A stretch of 36,335 nucleotides of DNA, taken from Candidatus Helarchaeota archaeon (GTDB lineage: Archaea > Asgardarchaeota > Lokiarchaeia > Helarchaeales > RDOG01). Positions 1 to 9,885 of the stretch are shown here, one piece after another. Under the pieces are notes generated by a model. It was not told where the DNA came from. It searched no databases and saw nothing but the letters and a program-made list of their open reading frames with translations. The stretch lies in assembly GCA_029838215.1 (NCBI GenBank), contig JALGVI010000024.1:1-36335 (forward strand), read 5' to 3'. Position 1 is the first letter of the stretch; each line of letters starts with the position of its first letter. A program made the translations under genes and the position numbers.

Positions 1-216
1 GAGAGCGAGTTAGAAGGATTTAAAGTGTTTGATACGGTGATTGCAATTTCCAAATGGAAAATGCGCGACTTTGAAGCCCAAAAAGGAACGAGAGAAGAAT
101 TCGCAATTGCATGGCGGAAATTGTCTGGTCCTGCAAGGAAAGAAATTAGAAACGGGGCTTGGTCGAAAGCAATTATCACCAAGATCAAGATGCTTGGTCG
201 CAGTCGCTATGATTAA
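1..216 (+). CDS. Partial CDS, C-terminal end of a hypothetical protein (5' truncated by window edge)
   Basis: Frame 1 is open from base 1 (ESELEGFKVFDTVIAISKW...GRSRYD) to TAA at 214-216 and is followed by a T-rich tract. No family recognised. Confidence 0.6.
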   Translation, partial: ESELEGFKVFDTVIAISKWKMRDFEAQKGTREEFAIAWRKLSGPARKEIRNGAWSKAIITKIKMLGRSRYD

Positions 217-303
217 ATCGAATCATCTCGATTAAACTGCATCTATTATCTTTGTTTTTCATTTTTATTCGTTTCATTTTAAGTTTTTAGTGAAAAGGAG
301 AAT

Positions 304-311
304 TTTATAAA
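304..311 (+). promoter_or_regulatory. Putative archaeal TATA box of mch
   Basis: TTTATAAA preceded by a purine-rich BRE-like run (GAAAAGGAGAA), about 50 nt upstream of the ATG at 362. Confidence 0.45.
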
Positions 312-361
312 CGCGTTTTGACAACAATTAAGAGTGAAATTTTAAAGGATAGTGGATTTTA

Positions 362-1315
362 ATGGAAATTTCAGTGAATAAGGAAGCTTTTAAGATTGTT
401 CAGGAAGTAATGGACAAAAAAAACTTTTTTCAGGTTGAAGTTAAAAAACTCAATAATGGTGCAACAGTTCTCGATTTTAGCAAGGCAGGTTATCCCGGTG
501 GTGCAAAACTTGGGGAAATCTGCATGGGTGGATACGGAACCGTTACTTTGGGTACTTTCACGTTTGATAACATTACCGTTCCGGAAGTAACTGTTACTGC
601 AGAATATCCGCATGTCTCATGCTTGGGAAGTCAATATGCAGGATGGCGTTGTAACGTCAAGGATGAAGGATATTTTGCGATGGTAAGTGGTCCTGCCCGG
701 GCTTTGAAAGGAGGCGAAAAAGGTCTCTTCGAAGAATTAGGATATCGAGACACTGCAGATGTCGCAGTTGCGGTTTTGGAAGCAAACGTATTACCAAACG
801 AAAAAGTCATGGAATTCATTGCTGGAAAATGTAATGTCCCTATAGCCAATACTTATACATGTGTTGCTCCAACTAAATGCGTGGCGGGGTCGGTTCAGAT
901 TGCGGCCAGAGTCGTGGAAACGGGATTACACAAGCTACACGAAGTTGGTTTTGATCCAAAAAAGGTACTTTATGGCATTGGAACTGTTCCTATAGCACCT
1001 CTGGCAAAAAATGATACGAGAGCAATGGGCGTTACTAACGATGCAATTATTGCTGCAGGACAAGTTTTTTACAACGTGGATTCCAATGATGAAGAAATGG
1101 CAGAAAAAATAAAATTGGTTCCGAGTTCAACGTCTCGCGACTATGGAAAGCCATTTTTTCAAATTTTCAAGGACGCTGGAAAAGATTTTTTCAAGATCGA
1201 TGCACATTTGTTTGCACCTGCTCTAATAACCATGAATAATGTAAACACTGGAACGACACTTCATGCCGGCAAGGTTGATTTGGACTTGTTGAAGAAATCC
1301 TTCGGTGTCGAATAA
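362..1315 (+). CDS. mch: Methenyltetrahydromethanopterin cyclohydrolase
   Basis: 317 aa with Mch motifs SVN, EICMGG, CLGSQYAGW, SGPARAL, GSVQIAARVVETGLHK, AMGVTNDAI, PSSTSRDYGKPF and KIDAHLFAPA. Confidence 0.96.
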   Translation: MEISVNKEAFKIVQEVMDKKNFFQVEVKKLNNGATVLDFSKAGYPGGAKLGEICMGGYGTVTLGTFTFDNITVPEVTVTAEYPHVSCLGSQYAGWRCNVKDEGYFAMVSGPARALKGGEKGLFEELGYRDTADVAVAVLEANVLPNEKVMEFIAGKCNVPIANTYTCVAPTKCVAGSVQIAARVVETGLHKLHEVGFDPKKVLYGIGTVPIAPLAKNDTRAMGVTNDAIIAAGQVFYNVDSNDEEMAEKIKLVPSSTSRDYGKPFFQIFKDAGKDFFKIDAHLFAPALITMNNVNTGTTLHAGKVDLDLLKKSFGVE

Positions 1316-1323
1316 AAAATCCC

Positions 1324-1331
1324 TTTTTTTT
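1324..1331 (+). terminator. Oligo-T archaeal terminator after mch
   Basis: T8 run starting 9 nt after the stop codon. Confidence 0.5.
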
Positions 1332-1362
1332 CTCATTTTAACTCAACTCAATTCAAGATATC

Positions 1363-4263
1363 TTGTTAATTAAAAAATTAAGAAAGGATAAAATGCTGTT
1401 GAGATCCAAGGATGTTGCAAGCACGTTTTACAAGAGATTCAAACAACAAAGAAATCTAATGGTTCAAAAAATTAAAAATGACCACGATATCACGAAAAAG
1501 TTTCTTTTAATTCAAAGATTTTTCAATAGAATCTTTTTTATTTATTTTTTGTGCGAAAAAGGACTGATAAAATGTGAAAGGATACCCGTTTCAAGCACTG
1601 ACTTGTTTTCCATTCAACGATTAAATGACGGTAATTTCTTGCGGAATTTCAATGAGATGCTCATGCTTTTCAACAATTTGAATTGTCGAAAAAAAAGAAT
1701 CGCGAATTCCGAATTTGAATGTCCACTCTTGGATTGTGACCTGTTTTTGTTGTCCGCAGAAGAACGTGAATTGGAAATTGATTTCAGTCGAGATGAATGG
1801 GCAAATTTCTTCGCTTTTTTAAATGATTTCGAATGGAAAATAACTGAAAATGGAAGTATAAAACCCTGTTCAAGACAAATCATGACACCTGAAGTTCTCG
1901 GAAAAGTGTTTGAAATTTCCGTTGGTGAATGGGAGGATAAGGGTTTTGAACAAATTACGAAAGAAGTATCGGGCAATCGAAAAATACGAAAGAAAAAAGG
2001 CATTTTTTATACACCTGATGAAATCACGGAGTATATGTGCGAACGTGCCTTAAATTTTTTGCTTACTCGTCAGGGAAATGAGAAGAAAGATATTTTTAAG
2101 CTATTAGAAGCTTTAAAATACGAAGATCTTGTAAAATTTTCCGAAAAAATTAAAAAAGTCAAGATCTTGGATCCTGCATGTGGCTCTGGAGCATTTCTAA
2201 TTCATGCTGGAGAGCTCTTATTAAAGCTACGTAGAATGATAAATTCAAAATTGCAAGTAACGCAGTCTATTCACGAAATCAAGCGTGAAATAATCTTGGA
2301 TAATTTATACGGCGTGGATATCTTGGATGGAGCCATTGAAATCACGAAATTTCGACTTTGGCTATGGATGATCGCAGATGTTTCTATTAATGCTGATTTT
2401 AAATCACTATCTGGGATAAACCAAAACTTACTTGTCGGAAACAGCTTGATCGGATGCGTGAATGAGACCTTCAAGGACGTGAACCAACATTCTTCCCTAA
2501 AAAAGCTAAGAAGTCAGCTTCGAGCATTACTTGATCAAGTAATTGAATTGAAGAATAATGAAAGAAATGAAGAATCGAGTATGGTTTCTTGGGAGAGCGG
2601 TGATGGACTGTCGCTTATTTCAGAAACATTTAATATCCTGAAAAATATTAATGAACAACGTAGTGGTTTCAGCAGGCGGGAACTCAAAAATTTAATACTA
2701 CAAGCAAGAAAAATTGGTAACGATTATCTCAATGATCTTTTTGCACGTCACGTAAATCAACATTGCTTCAATAATGAAAAGGATTTGACTTGGCTAAAAA
2801 ATGAAATTATTCGACACCGTACTTTTCATTGGAATTTAAATTTTGGAGAGATTCTCAAGGAAGGGGGATTTGACATCATTCTCGGAAATCCACCTTACAT
2901 TTTTATTCGCGGGATGAATTTCAAGCCGTTTGAAAGAGATTTTTTTAAAAACAAATACCTGAAGGGTTACATGCCATCAACAAGGGGAAAATCCACGCAG
3001 TCGGGAAAAATCAATTCAATTGGACTCTTTTTGATCCGGGGAATTGCCTTATTGAAAAAGAATCATTTTTTAGGTTACATCGTTCAAAATACGTTATTAC
3101 GAACGACAACTAATGATATTATCAGGCAATTTATCATGGATAAATCATTCATTAGGGAAATTACAGACCTGGAAGGAGGTATCTTTGCAGGAGTCACGGC
3201 TTCCACGATCATTTTATTCTTAGAAAATAAATCTGCTCAACATGCTGACTTGACATTAATCAATTATGACGTGAAGGATCTCCTCAAGCACGAATTTAGA
3301 TCTCATTTAATTCCTCAAAGTCGATTTACCCAGAACATCATTTATAGTTTTAACATTCATGCGACCCAACGCATGCACGCAATGTTTGAAAAAATGAAAG
3401 CAAGGACGTTCGAATTACGAGAAATCACGCGAGAAATCATTGAAGGAATCGTTGCACGCAAGAGTGACAATTTATTTATTGATAATTCGAAATCTGGTTC
3501 GGCAAAGAGACTTCTAAGAGGTAAAAATGTGGATCGGTATCTGATCAGGTGGAAAGAAGGACAATATGTCATTTTTGATCCTGAAAAATTACACCGAGCA
3601 CGTCCTAAATGGGTCCATGAAGCACCCGAAAAATTAATCACCCAAAGAATTGGAGGTGGAGCGTATCCGCTTCGAGTGGCTTATGATGATGAACAATTCT
3701 ATGTATTCGCATCAACGAATGCAATCATTTTCCATGAACCAACCATCTTTAATGATAATTCATACGAGAAGAAATACATTCTCTCGCTCCTTAATTCAAG
3801 GTTGATAAATGCTTATTACTTGCTAAACTTCAGCAATCGTTCATCATTTACCGTAAACATCGGAAAAACCTATCTTGAGGTTCTTCCTATGAAAGAAGCC
3901 TCACCAACCATCCAGCAGCTTTTTGTTTCGGTTGCCGATTATCTCATCTTTCTTCATAAGAAATATCCACAAGAAAGGAAATTAATTGAATTTTTCGACC
4001 TAAAATTGTTAGATGCCATGGTGTTCGAGTTATATCTTGATGAAGACCTTGAAAAAGAATTGATTCCTGCATTACTTAACGTATTAGAACCAATAAATTC
4101 GAAAGGACCTGAAATGGAAGCCATTGCTGCTATAAAACGCGTGTATTGCAAGATTTCAAGTTACGATAATATTCTTTCACGAATAAAAAAGATTCAATCT
4201 CATGAACTCGTTCGAGAAATTAATGATATTTTTGAGAAAAGATCGCAAAAAGCAAGGAAGTAG
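1363..4263 (+). CDS. N6-adenine DNA methyltransferase, Eco57I/TaqI-like (type IIG-like M+S), with no evident nuclease domain
   Basis: Motifs GIFYTP, ILDPACGSGAFL, LYGVDI, GNSL and GFDIILGNPPY. TaqI_C-like target-recognition region (LLRGKNV, EKLITQRI, LSLLNSRLI, LEVLPM). Alternative ATG start at 1393. Confidence 0.9.
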   Translation: MLIKKLRKDKMLLRSKDVASTFYKRFKQQRNLMVQKIKNDHDITKKFLLIQRFFNRIFFIYFLCEKGLIKCERIPVSSTDLFSIQRLNDGNFLRNFNEMLMLFNNLNCRKKRIANSEFECPLLDCDLFLLSAEERELEIDFSRDEWANFFAFLNDFEWKITENGSIKPCSRQIMTPEVLGKVFEISVGEWEDKGFEQITKEVSGNRKIRKKKGIFYTPDEITEYMCERALNFLLTRQGNEKKDIFKLLEALKYEDLVKFSEKIKKVKILDPACGSGAFLIHAGELLLKLRRMINSKLQVTQSIHEIKREIILDNLYGVDILDGAIEITKFRLWLWMIADVSINADFKSLSGINQNLLVGNSLIGCVNETFKDVNQHSSLKKLRSQLRALLDQVIELKNNERNEESSMVSWESGDGLSLISETFNILKNINEQRSGFSRRELKNLILQARKIGNDYLNDLFARHVNQHCFNNEKDLTWLKNEIIRHRTFHWNLNFGEILKEGGFDIILGNPPYIFIRGMNFKPFERDFFKNKYLKGYMPSTRGKSTQSGKINSIGLFLIRGIALLKKNHFLGYIVQNTLLRTTTNDIIRQFIMDKSFIREITDLEGGIFAGVTASTIILFLENKSAQHADLTLINYDVKDLLKHEFRSHLIPQSRFTQNIIYSFNIHATQRMHAMFEKMKARTFELREITREIIEGIVARKSDNLFIDNSKSGSAKRLLRGKNVDRYLIRWKEGQYVIFDPEKLHRARPKWVHEAPEKLITQRIGGGAYPLRVAYDDEQFYVFASTNAIIFHEPTIFNDNSYEKKYILSLLNSRLINAYYLLNFSNRSSFTVNIGKTYLEVLPMKEASPTIQQLFVSVADYLIFLHKKYPQERKLIEFFDLKLLDAMVFELYLDEDLEKELIPALLNVLEPINSKGPEMEAIAAIKRVYCKISSYDNILSRIKKIQSHELVREINDIFEKRSQKARK

Positions 4264-4360
4264 AACGTTTCAAATATCTATTTTGTTCTTTGAATTTTGA
4301 TTAGATTAAAAATCATTAAATTATATCTTGCTTAGTTGCAAGTCACTCAAGAATGGTCGG

Positions 4361-6841
4361 ATGAAAATGGAAAAACACCAGTTCAAGATACCTTCAAAAT
4401 ACAAATTCAAGACAATCGAAAAACAAATCATCGAAAAGTGGAAAAATGAAAAGACCTATGCCTATGATGCATCAATAGACAAGCCAAATTATTCCATTGA
4501 CACGCCCCCTCCTTTCACGAGTGGTGATTTGCACATGGGACACATATTAAACCATACGTGGATTGATATCGTGGCCCGCTATAAACGAATGAAAGGTTTC
4601 AATGTTTATTTTCCGCAAGGATTTGATTGTCATGGACTTCCTACGGAGTTAAAAGTAGAGAAGGAGTTTAAGATCTCAAAGGATAAATCCGATGAATTCT
4701 TAAAAAAGTGCGTGGAATGGACAAACCAAGCCATAGCACGCATGAAATCTCAATTTGAAGCTATTGGCTATTCTACTGATTGGGATTATACATACCGCAC
4801 GATGGATAAGGATTATCTCAAGATGGTACAGGAATCCCTGCTTGATTTTTTTGAAAATGGATGGTTATTCAGGAAAGAACATCCAATACATTGGTGCGTG
4901 AATTGTCAGACTGCTTTGGCAAAACAAGAAGTGGGTTATGTCGATGAAGTCGGCAAGTTGTGGTACATTCGGCTACCATTAGTAGACGGCGATCATTTGA
5001 CCATTGCCACGACACGTCCCGAATTGATGTCTTCTTGCGTGGCAGTAATGGTTCATCCTGATGACAAGCGTTACTACCATCTGTCCGGAAAAAAAGTCCG
5101 ATTGCCCATTTTTGAGAGGGAAGTCCCGATATTTTTAGATCCGGAAGTAGACATGGAATTCGGGACCGGTGTCGTATACGTGTGCACGTATGGTGACGAA
5201 ACTGACTTGATGTGGCAACAATTATACGGACTACCCGTCATAATTTCCATTTCTGCTGATGGAAAGATGACAAAAGAAGCAGGAAAATATGAGGGTCATT
5301 CCATTCTTGAAGCGCGAAAGCAGATCGTGGAAGATTTAAAGGAATTGGGGTTAGTGGAGAAAATCGAAGAGCATGAGCATCGCGTGATAGTCCATACGGA
5401 ACGAAGTTCTTGCTTGACTCCAATTGAATATTTGCCGGTGAAACAATGGTTCATTTCTGTTCGGGAATTTATCGAAGACATTCGTGAAGCGGCTCAAACA
5501 ATGACTTGGTATCCATCAAACATGATACGTCGCTTACACGATTGGCTTGATTCACTTAATTGGGACTGGGTTATTTCTCGACAACGCGTGTTTGGAACAC
5601 CAATTCCTTTTTGGATTTGTAAGGATTGCGATGAAGTCCTGCCTGCGCCTCGAGAAAGCCTGCCACTCGATCCTAGAAGCGTGCCTGCACCATCTTCGTG
5701 TCCAAAATGTAACGGAAAGAAGCTTGATCCCGTGCGTGATGTATGTGATTGCTGGATCGATAGTAGCATCACGCCCTTGGTTATATCAAGATGGAAACGG
5801 GATGAGCGATTCTTCGAGAAAACATATCCATCAACCTTGCGACCACAAGGGTATGAAATAATAAGAACTTGGGCATTTTACACCATTTTTCGGTGCTTGA
5901 AGCTCACGGGAAAACCATGCTTCGAAAACTTGATGATCAACGGAATGGTCGCAGGACCTGATGGGCGCAAGATGAGTAAATCTTTTGGAAATATTGTTGC
6001 TCCTGACGAACCCTTGAGTCAATACGGTGCTGATTCATTACGACAATGGGCTGCCCAGGGCACGCTGGGTGATGATTATCCGTTCAATGATAAAGCATTA
6101 CAATATAGCATGCGTTTCAATACGAAATTATGGAACGCGTGCCGGTTTGCGTCACGGCACCTTGAGGATTTTTATCCAACAAAACAAATAAATGATGGAA
6201 TCACTCTTCCACCTGTAGATGCGTGGATTTTAAATAAAACAAACGAAATGATAAAATCCATCGAAGAAGCGTATGAAAAATATGAATTTCATGATGCTCT
6301 AATGACATTTCGTCAATTTTTTTGGCACGACTTCTGTGATGATTACTTGGAAGCCGTGAAATTTCGGTTATACGGCGATGTTGATAGCTCAATTCGTGAA
6401 TCCGCAAAATTGGTTCTTTACAATGTCATTCTTAATTCCTTGAAAATCTTCTCGCCCATTGCCCCATTCATCACAGAGCGAATTTTTCTTTCTCTTTTTG
6501 CCGAGAAAGAAGGTATTTCATCCATAAATAAGTGTGAATGGCCAAAGCCCATCGACGTGAAAGCATCAGAAGTAGGGCAGTTGGCGATTGAAATCATAAG
6601 TGAGTTTAGAAACGAAAAATCCAAGCAAAAAATTGCATTGAATGCTGAGGTTTCACGAGTAGCAGTTCAAGCGCCAAAGGAGTTTGTTCAAAAAATCACA
6701 TCCGTCCAAGATGACATAAAAGAAACCTTAAAAATCCAAAACATAGAATTCGTTGATGCGCTAGATGAAAAATCTTTTCAATTCACGTTCGAAATGAAAG
6801 ATCACGACCTTAAATTTGGTTGGAATCTGGGCAAGGAATAA
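4361..6841 (+). CDS. valS: Valine--tRNA ligase (archaeal type)
   Basis: DTPPPFTSGDLHMGH (HIGH), GFDCHGLPTE, IATTRPEL, FGTGVV, WVISRQRVFG, KMSKS and DFCDDYLE. The track starts at TTG 4328; ATG 4361 or 4367 is more likely. Confidence 0.97.
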   Translation: MKMEKHQFKIPSKYKFKTIEKQIIEKWKNEKTYAYDASIDKPNYSIDTPPPFTSGDLHMGHILNHTWIDIVARYKRMKGFNVYFPQGFDCHGLPTELKVEKEFKISKDKSDEFLKKCVEWTNQAIARMKSQFEAIGYSTDWDYTYRTMDKDYLKMVQESLLDFFENGWLFRKEHPIHWCVNCQTALAKQEVGYVDEVGKLWYIRLPLVDGDHLTIATTRPELMSSCVAVMVHPDDKRYYHLSGKKVRLPIFEREVPIFLDPEVDMEFGTGVVYVCTYGDETDLMWQQLYGLPVIISISADGKMTKEAGKYEGHSILEARKQIVEDLKELGLVEKIEEHEHRVIVHTERSSCLTPIEYLPVKQWFISVREFIEDIREAAQTMTWYPSNMIRRLHDWLDSLNWDWVISRQRVFGTPIPFWICKDCDEVLPAPRESLPLDPRSVPAPSSCPKCNGKKLDPVRDVCDCWIDSSITPLVISRWKRDERFFEKTYPSTLRPQGYEIIRTWAFYTIFRCLKLTGKPCFENLMINGMVAGPDGRKMSKSFGNIVAPDEPLSQYGADSLRQWAAQGTLGDDYPFNDKALQYSMRFNTKLWNACRFASRHLEDFYPTKQINDGITLPPVDAWILNKTNEMIKSIEEAYEKYEFHDALMTFRQFFWHDFCDDYLEAVKFRLYGDVDSSIRESAKLVLYNVILNSLKIFSPIAPFITERIFLSLFAEKEGISSINKCEWPKPIDVKASEVGQLAIEIISEFRNEKSKQKIALNAEVSRVAVQAPKEFVQKITSVQDDIKETLKIQNIEFVDALDEKSFQFTFEMKDHDLKFGWNLGKE

Positions 6842-6844
6842 AAC

Positions 6845-7735
6845 ATGTCTCTTACGATAAATGAAATTGGAGAAAAACTCCGATCAGTTAATTACATTTC
6901 CACGGAGCAGATTAATACCACGGTCTTTCTTGCCATGAAACTCAAGAAATCGATATTGATTGAAGGTCCCGCTGGTGTCGGAAAGACGAGTCTTGCAACG
7001 TCGTTGGCGAAAGCACTAAATCGCCGTCTCATCCGCATACAATGCTATGAAGGAATAAGCTTGGAACAAGTCTTAGGCGAATTTAATTATTCCCGGCAGT
7101 TATTGACGATTGAACTTGTAAAAAGTGGGCTGCTCGATGATCCTGAAGTCCAGAAAACGATTTTTTCGGAAGATTTTTTCATAAAACGTCCACTTCTCGA
7201 AGCATTTGCTTCAAAAGAAGATATTATCTTGTTAATAGACGAAATCGATAAGAGCGATGCCGAATTCGAGTCCTTCTTGCTTGAAGCACTCGGTGAAAGG
7301 CAGATAACTATCCCGGAATTAAAAACATTCCATGGTCAAAATGATATCTTAGTCATCATGACATCAAATGCAGAAAGGATGCTTTCCGAACCACTTAAAA
7401 GGCGCTGTCTTCATCTATATCTTGATTTTCCTTCAAAAGAGCGAGAAATCGACATTTTAAAAATACATGCACCGTCTGTTTCGACTCTCTTGCTCAAGCA
7501 AGTAGTTCATGTCATTCACGAATTTCGTAAAGTGGATCTTCGTAAGTTACCGTCTATATCTGAATCATTTGAATGGTTGAACGCTCTTCTGGCTTTAAAC
7601 ATTGAAAAATTGGATCGTGCCGCAATTCGGACCACGCTTAATGTGGTTCTTAAGTATCAAGAAGACCTAAAACGAGTAAATTCTATGCTCAACGAAGTGC
7701 TCTTGAGTCTTCCAAGCAAGGACGAAGTGGAATGA
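6845..7735 (+). CDS. MoxR-family AAA+ ATPase (CoxD-like)
   Basis: Walker A GPAGVGKT, IQCYEG, Walker B LLIDEIDKSD, FLLEAL, QITIPEL, TSN and LKRRC. Starts 3 nt after the valS stop. Confidence 0.92.
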   Translation: MSLTINEIGEKLRSVNYISTEQINTTVFLAMKLKKSILIEGPAGVGKTSLATSLAKALNRRLIRIQCYEGISLEQVLGEFNYSRQLLTIELVKSGLLDDPEVQKTIFSEDFFIKRPLLEAFASKEDIILLIDEIDKSDAEFESFLLEALGERQITIPELKTFHGQNDILVIMTSNAERMLSEPLKRRCLHLYLDFPSKEREIDILKIHAPSVSTLLLKQVVHVIHEFRKVDLRKLPSISESFEWLNALLALNIEKLDRAAIRTTLNVVLKYQEDLKRVNSMLNEVLLSLPSKDEVE

Positions 7736-7867
7736 AAAATTTTTAGTAAAGAATTACAAGTATTCTAATAGTAATAATTCTGAGAAATTACGATCCACGA
7801 TGAAGTAACTTCTCAAAAACATGATTTAATAAAAACTTGACAAGCAAAATTTGGGGAAGCCTGCACG

Positions 7868-8476
7868 ATGGGAAAGCAAAAAGTGAAAAAGCCCGGTTAT
7901 TGGGACAACATCAAGAATATACAGAAACATTTAAAGAAGATAATCAAGAAAAATGGGGGTAATTTTCCTACAAAAGAACAACTGCGGGCATTTCCATATG
8001 GTCTAGAGATTGAAACTGCCATAATGAGGCTTGGAATGACGTTAGATGAATTCCGAATGCAAATGGGCATTAAGTCGTCTAATGCTGAAGAGCAAGACCA
8101 AATGCTCGATCTTCTAATGAGCAGTACCGAATCTTTTCTTCAAACAGTTCGAGAACGAAAACGGAGCATGGCAACTGGAAAAATAGACCCATTAACTGTT
8201 GAACCTGAACTTGATGTTGTCGTTTCTGAACAACCACCTGCCGAAATTGCTCTGGATTCAGAAACGCATCCTGAAGCTGACATTTCAGACTTGGTACCTT
8301 CTTCAGGGTCATCATTACCTAAACCTAAACCGTTATCAAAGCTACAATCTCACGCTCCACAACCTGATCTCTTTCAACAAACTATAAAAGAACCGAACGA
8401 GAAAAAAGGACACCTCCATGACACATTTGCTCTTTTTGAGACTAAATTAAAGAAATACTCTGATGAGGAAGAATGA
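7868..8476 (+). CDS. Hypothetical protein: N-terminal small helical (HTH-like) domain plus acidic/Pro-rich tail
   Basis: 202 aa ORF filling the gap between MoxR and VWA genes, with its stop 9 nt before the next ATG. Motif KPGYW-x-N-x(8)-IIKKNGGNFPT-x2-QL. Confidence 0.7.
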   Translation: MGKQKVKKPGYWDNIKNIQKHLKKIIKKNGGNFPTKEQLRAFPYGLEIETAIMRLGMTLDEFRMQMGIKSSNAEEQDQMLDLLMSSTESFLQTVRERKRSMATGKIDPLTVEPELDVVVSEQPPAEIALDSETHPEADISDLVPSSGSSLPKPKPLSKLQSHAPQPDLFQQTIKEPNEKKGHLHDTFALFETKLKKYSDEEE

Positions 8477-8485
8477 GTTCAAGAG

Positions 8486-9844
8486 ATGCTTGAAAATATC
8501 GTTGAATTCATACAATTATTGCGAAATCGGGGAGTTCGAATTTCCATTGCTGAAACAAGAGATGCCATCGATTCCCTGATGCTTTCTTCGGATTTTATGA
8601 AAAATCCCAGAACGTTTCGCCACGTGCTCACCACGACTCTAGTGAAAGATCAAAAGGACCTGAGCCTTTTTAACGTGTTATTCAATCAATTCTTCTTTGG
8701 TCGAAATCAAGCTCGAATCGAGAATTTTTTTAACTCATTACAGGAAGATAGGGAAGGCTCTAAAGATGACGAGTTAGAAATCGACATGGGAGACCAAGAT
8801 GAAGATTTACTTTTAAACATGCAAGCTTTAAATGCATCGTTAATAGACCAAACAGAAAATAACGTTGGAGATCAAGAAAAACAATGGGAAAAAAGCAAGA
8901 ATGCAAAATCCAAGGCTCGCGTGAAAAGCCAAACCGTCACGCGACTATTTTCTAAATTACGTAGAGATGAACTGATGCGGCTGAGCCAAGACGAATTCGA
9001 ATCCCACGAAAAAGAATTGCGCGCCTTGATCAAGGAATTAGGAAAAAAAATTGCAACCAAGATCACTGCCCGTTATACGAAAGGGAAAGAAATATTAGAT
9101 TTCCGAAAGACGATTCATCAGAACATAAAACATGGAGGTGCTCTCGTGAAAATCGTTTCAAAAAAGAAAAAAATTGCCCAACCGCGTCTTCTCGGCTTAA
9201 TTGATATTTCCGATTCATGTCAGATGTACTATTTTTTTATGTTTTACTTGATTTTCATGATAAAAAAGCAATTCAGCCACGTGCGAATTTATGAATTCGA
9301 TTCGGATATTTTAGAAATTACTCCAGCACTCGAAAAAGAAACAATTGAAGACGCCCGGCAGGAAATCGTCAAGATTTGGGATCGCTCTGACGTGTTTAAA
9401 ATGCGAAATTTCATGAAAACGCATTCGAATTATGATACTGTTTTTCAGCAATTTCTCGAGAAAATCAGTCCAATCTTGACAAAAAAAACAACGGTTCTCA
9501 TTCTCGGAGATTGTAGAGATTACTTGGGGGTGAAAAACCAAAATTGCATGCCTGAGACCTGTTCACGTGGTTGTATCCACCACGTTCCGAATGGAAAATG
9601 CAATGAAAAAAACATCAATTGCAGGTTCTGCAACTGCAGGCAAGTTAATAACTTCCCAAGGTCCGCCACTCACTTGAGGGAACTTGTTCGAAAAGCAAAG
9701 CAAGTAATCATATTTAATCCCGAGAAGGAAACTTTCTGGAATATAGGCGATTCCGTTGCATATTGTTACCAAAATGTTGGTGCCGAGGTTTATTCCATTA
9801 ATGACATAAACTCGCTTGCGGAACTCGTTTACCATCGCCTTTGA
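8486..9844 (+). CDS. VWA-domain protein, CoxE-like, with Cys-rich insertion
   Basis: CoxE-type N-terminus (FIQLLRNRGVRISIAE, LFNQFF), LDFRKTIHQN, MIDAS DISDS, SNYDTVF, TTVLILGD and FNPE...W..GDS. Confidence 0.88.
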   Translation: MLENIVEFIQLLRNRGVRISIAETRDAIDSLMLSSDFMKNPRTFRHVLTTTLVKDQKDLSLFNVLFNQFFFGRNQARIENFFNSLQEDREGSKDDELEIDMGDQDEDLLLNMQALNASLIDQTENNVGDQEKQWEKSKNAKSKARVKSQTVTRLFSKLRRDELMRLSQDEFESHEKELRALIKELGKKIATKITARYTKGKEILDFRKTIHQNIKHGGALVKIVSKKKKIAQPRLLGLIDISDSCQMYYFFMFYLIFMIKKQFSHVRIYEFDSDILEITPALEKETIEDARQEIVKIWDRSDVFKMRNFMKTHSNYDTVFQQFLEKISPILTKKTTVLILGDCRDYLGVKNQNCMPETCSRGCIHHVPNGKCNEKNINCRFCNCRQVNNFPRSATHLRELVRKAKQVIIFNPEKETFWNIGDSVAYCYQNVGAEVYSINDINSLAELVYHRL

Positions 9845-9885
9845 ATTTGGTCGAAAATGCAAAAATCCGAGATCCATTTTAAATC

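Noticed and set aside
1-216. Faint HMG-box-like phrase (FAIAWRKLS...RK) in the edge ORF
   Set aside because: Only a few residues match and the protein is truncated, so no assignment is possible.
6845-9844. Calling these coxD/coxE of an aerobic CO dehydrogenase cluster
   Set aside because: No coxL/M/S or xanthine-oxidase-family genes are in the window, and MoxR-VWA pairs are widespread.
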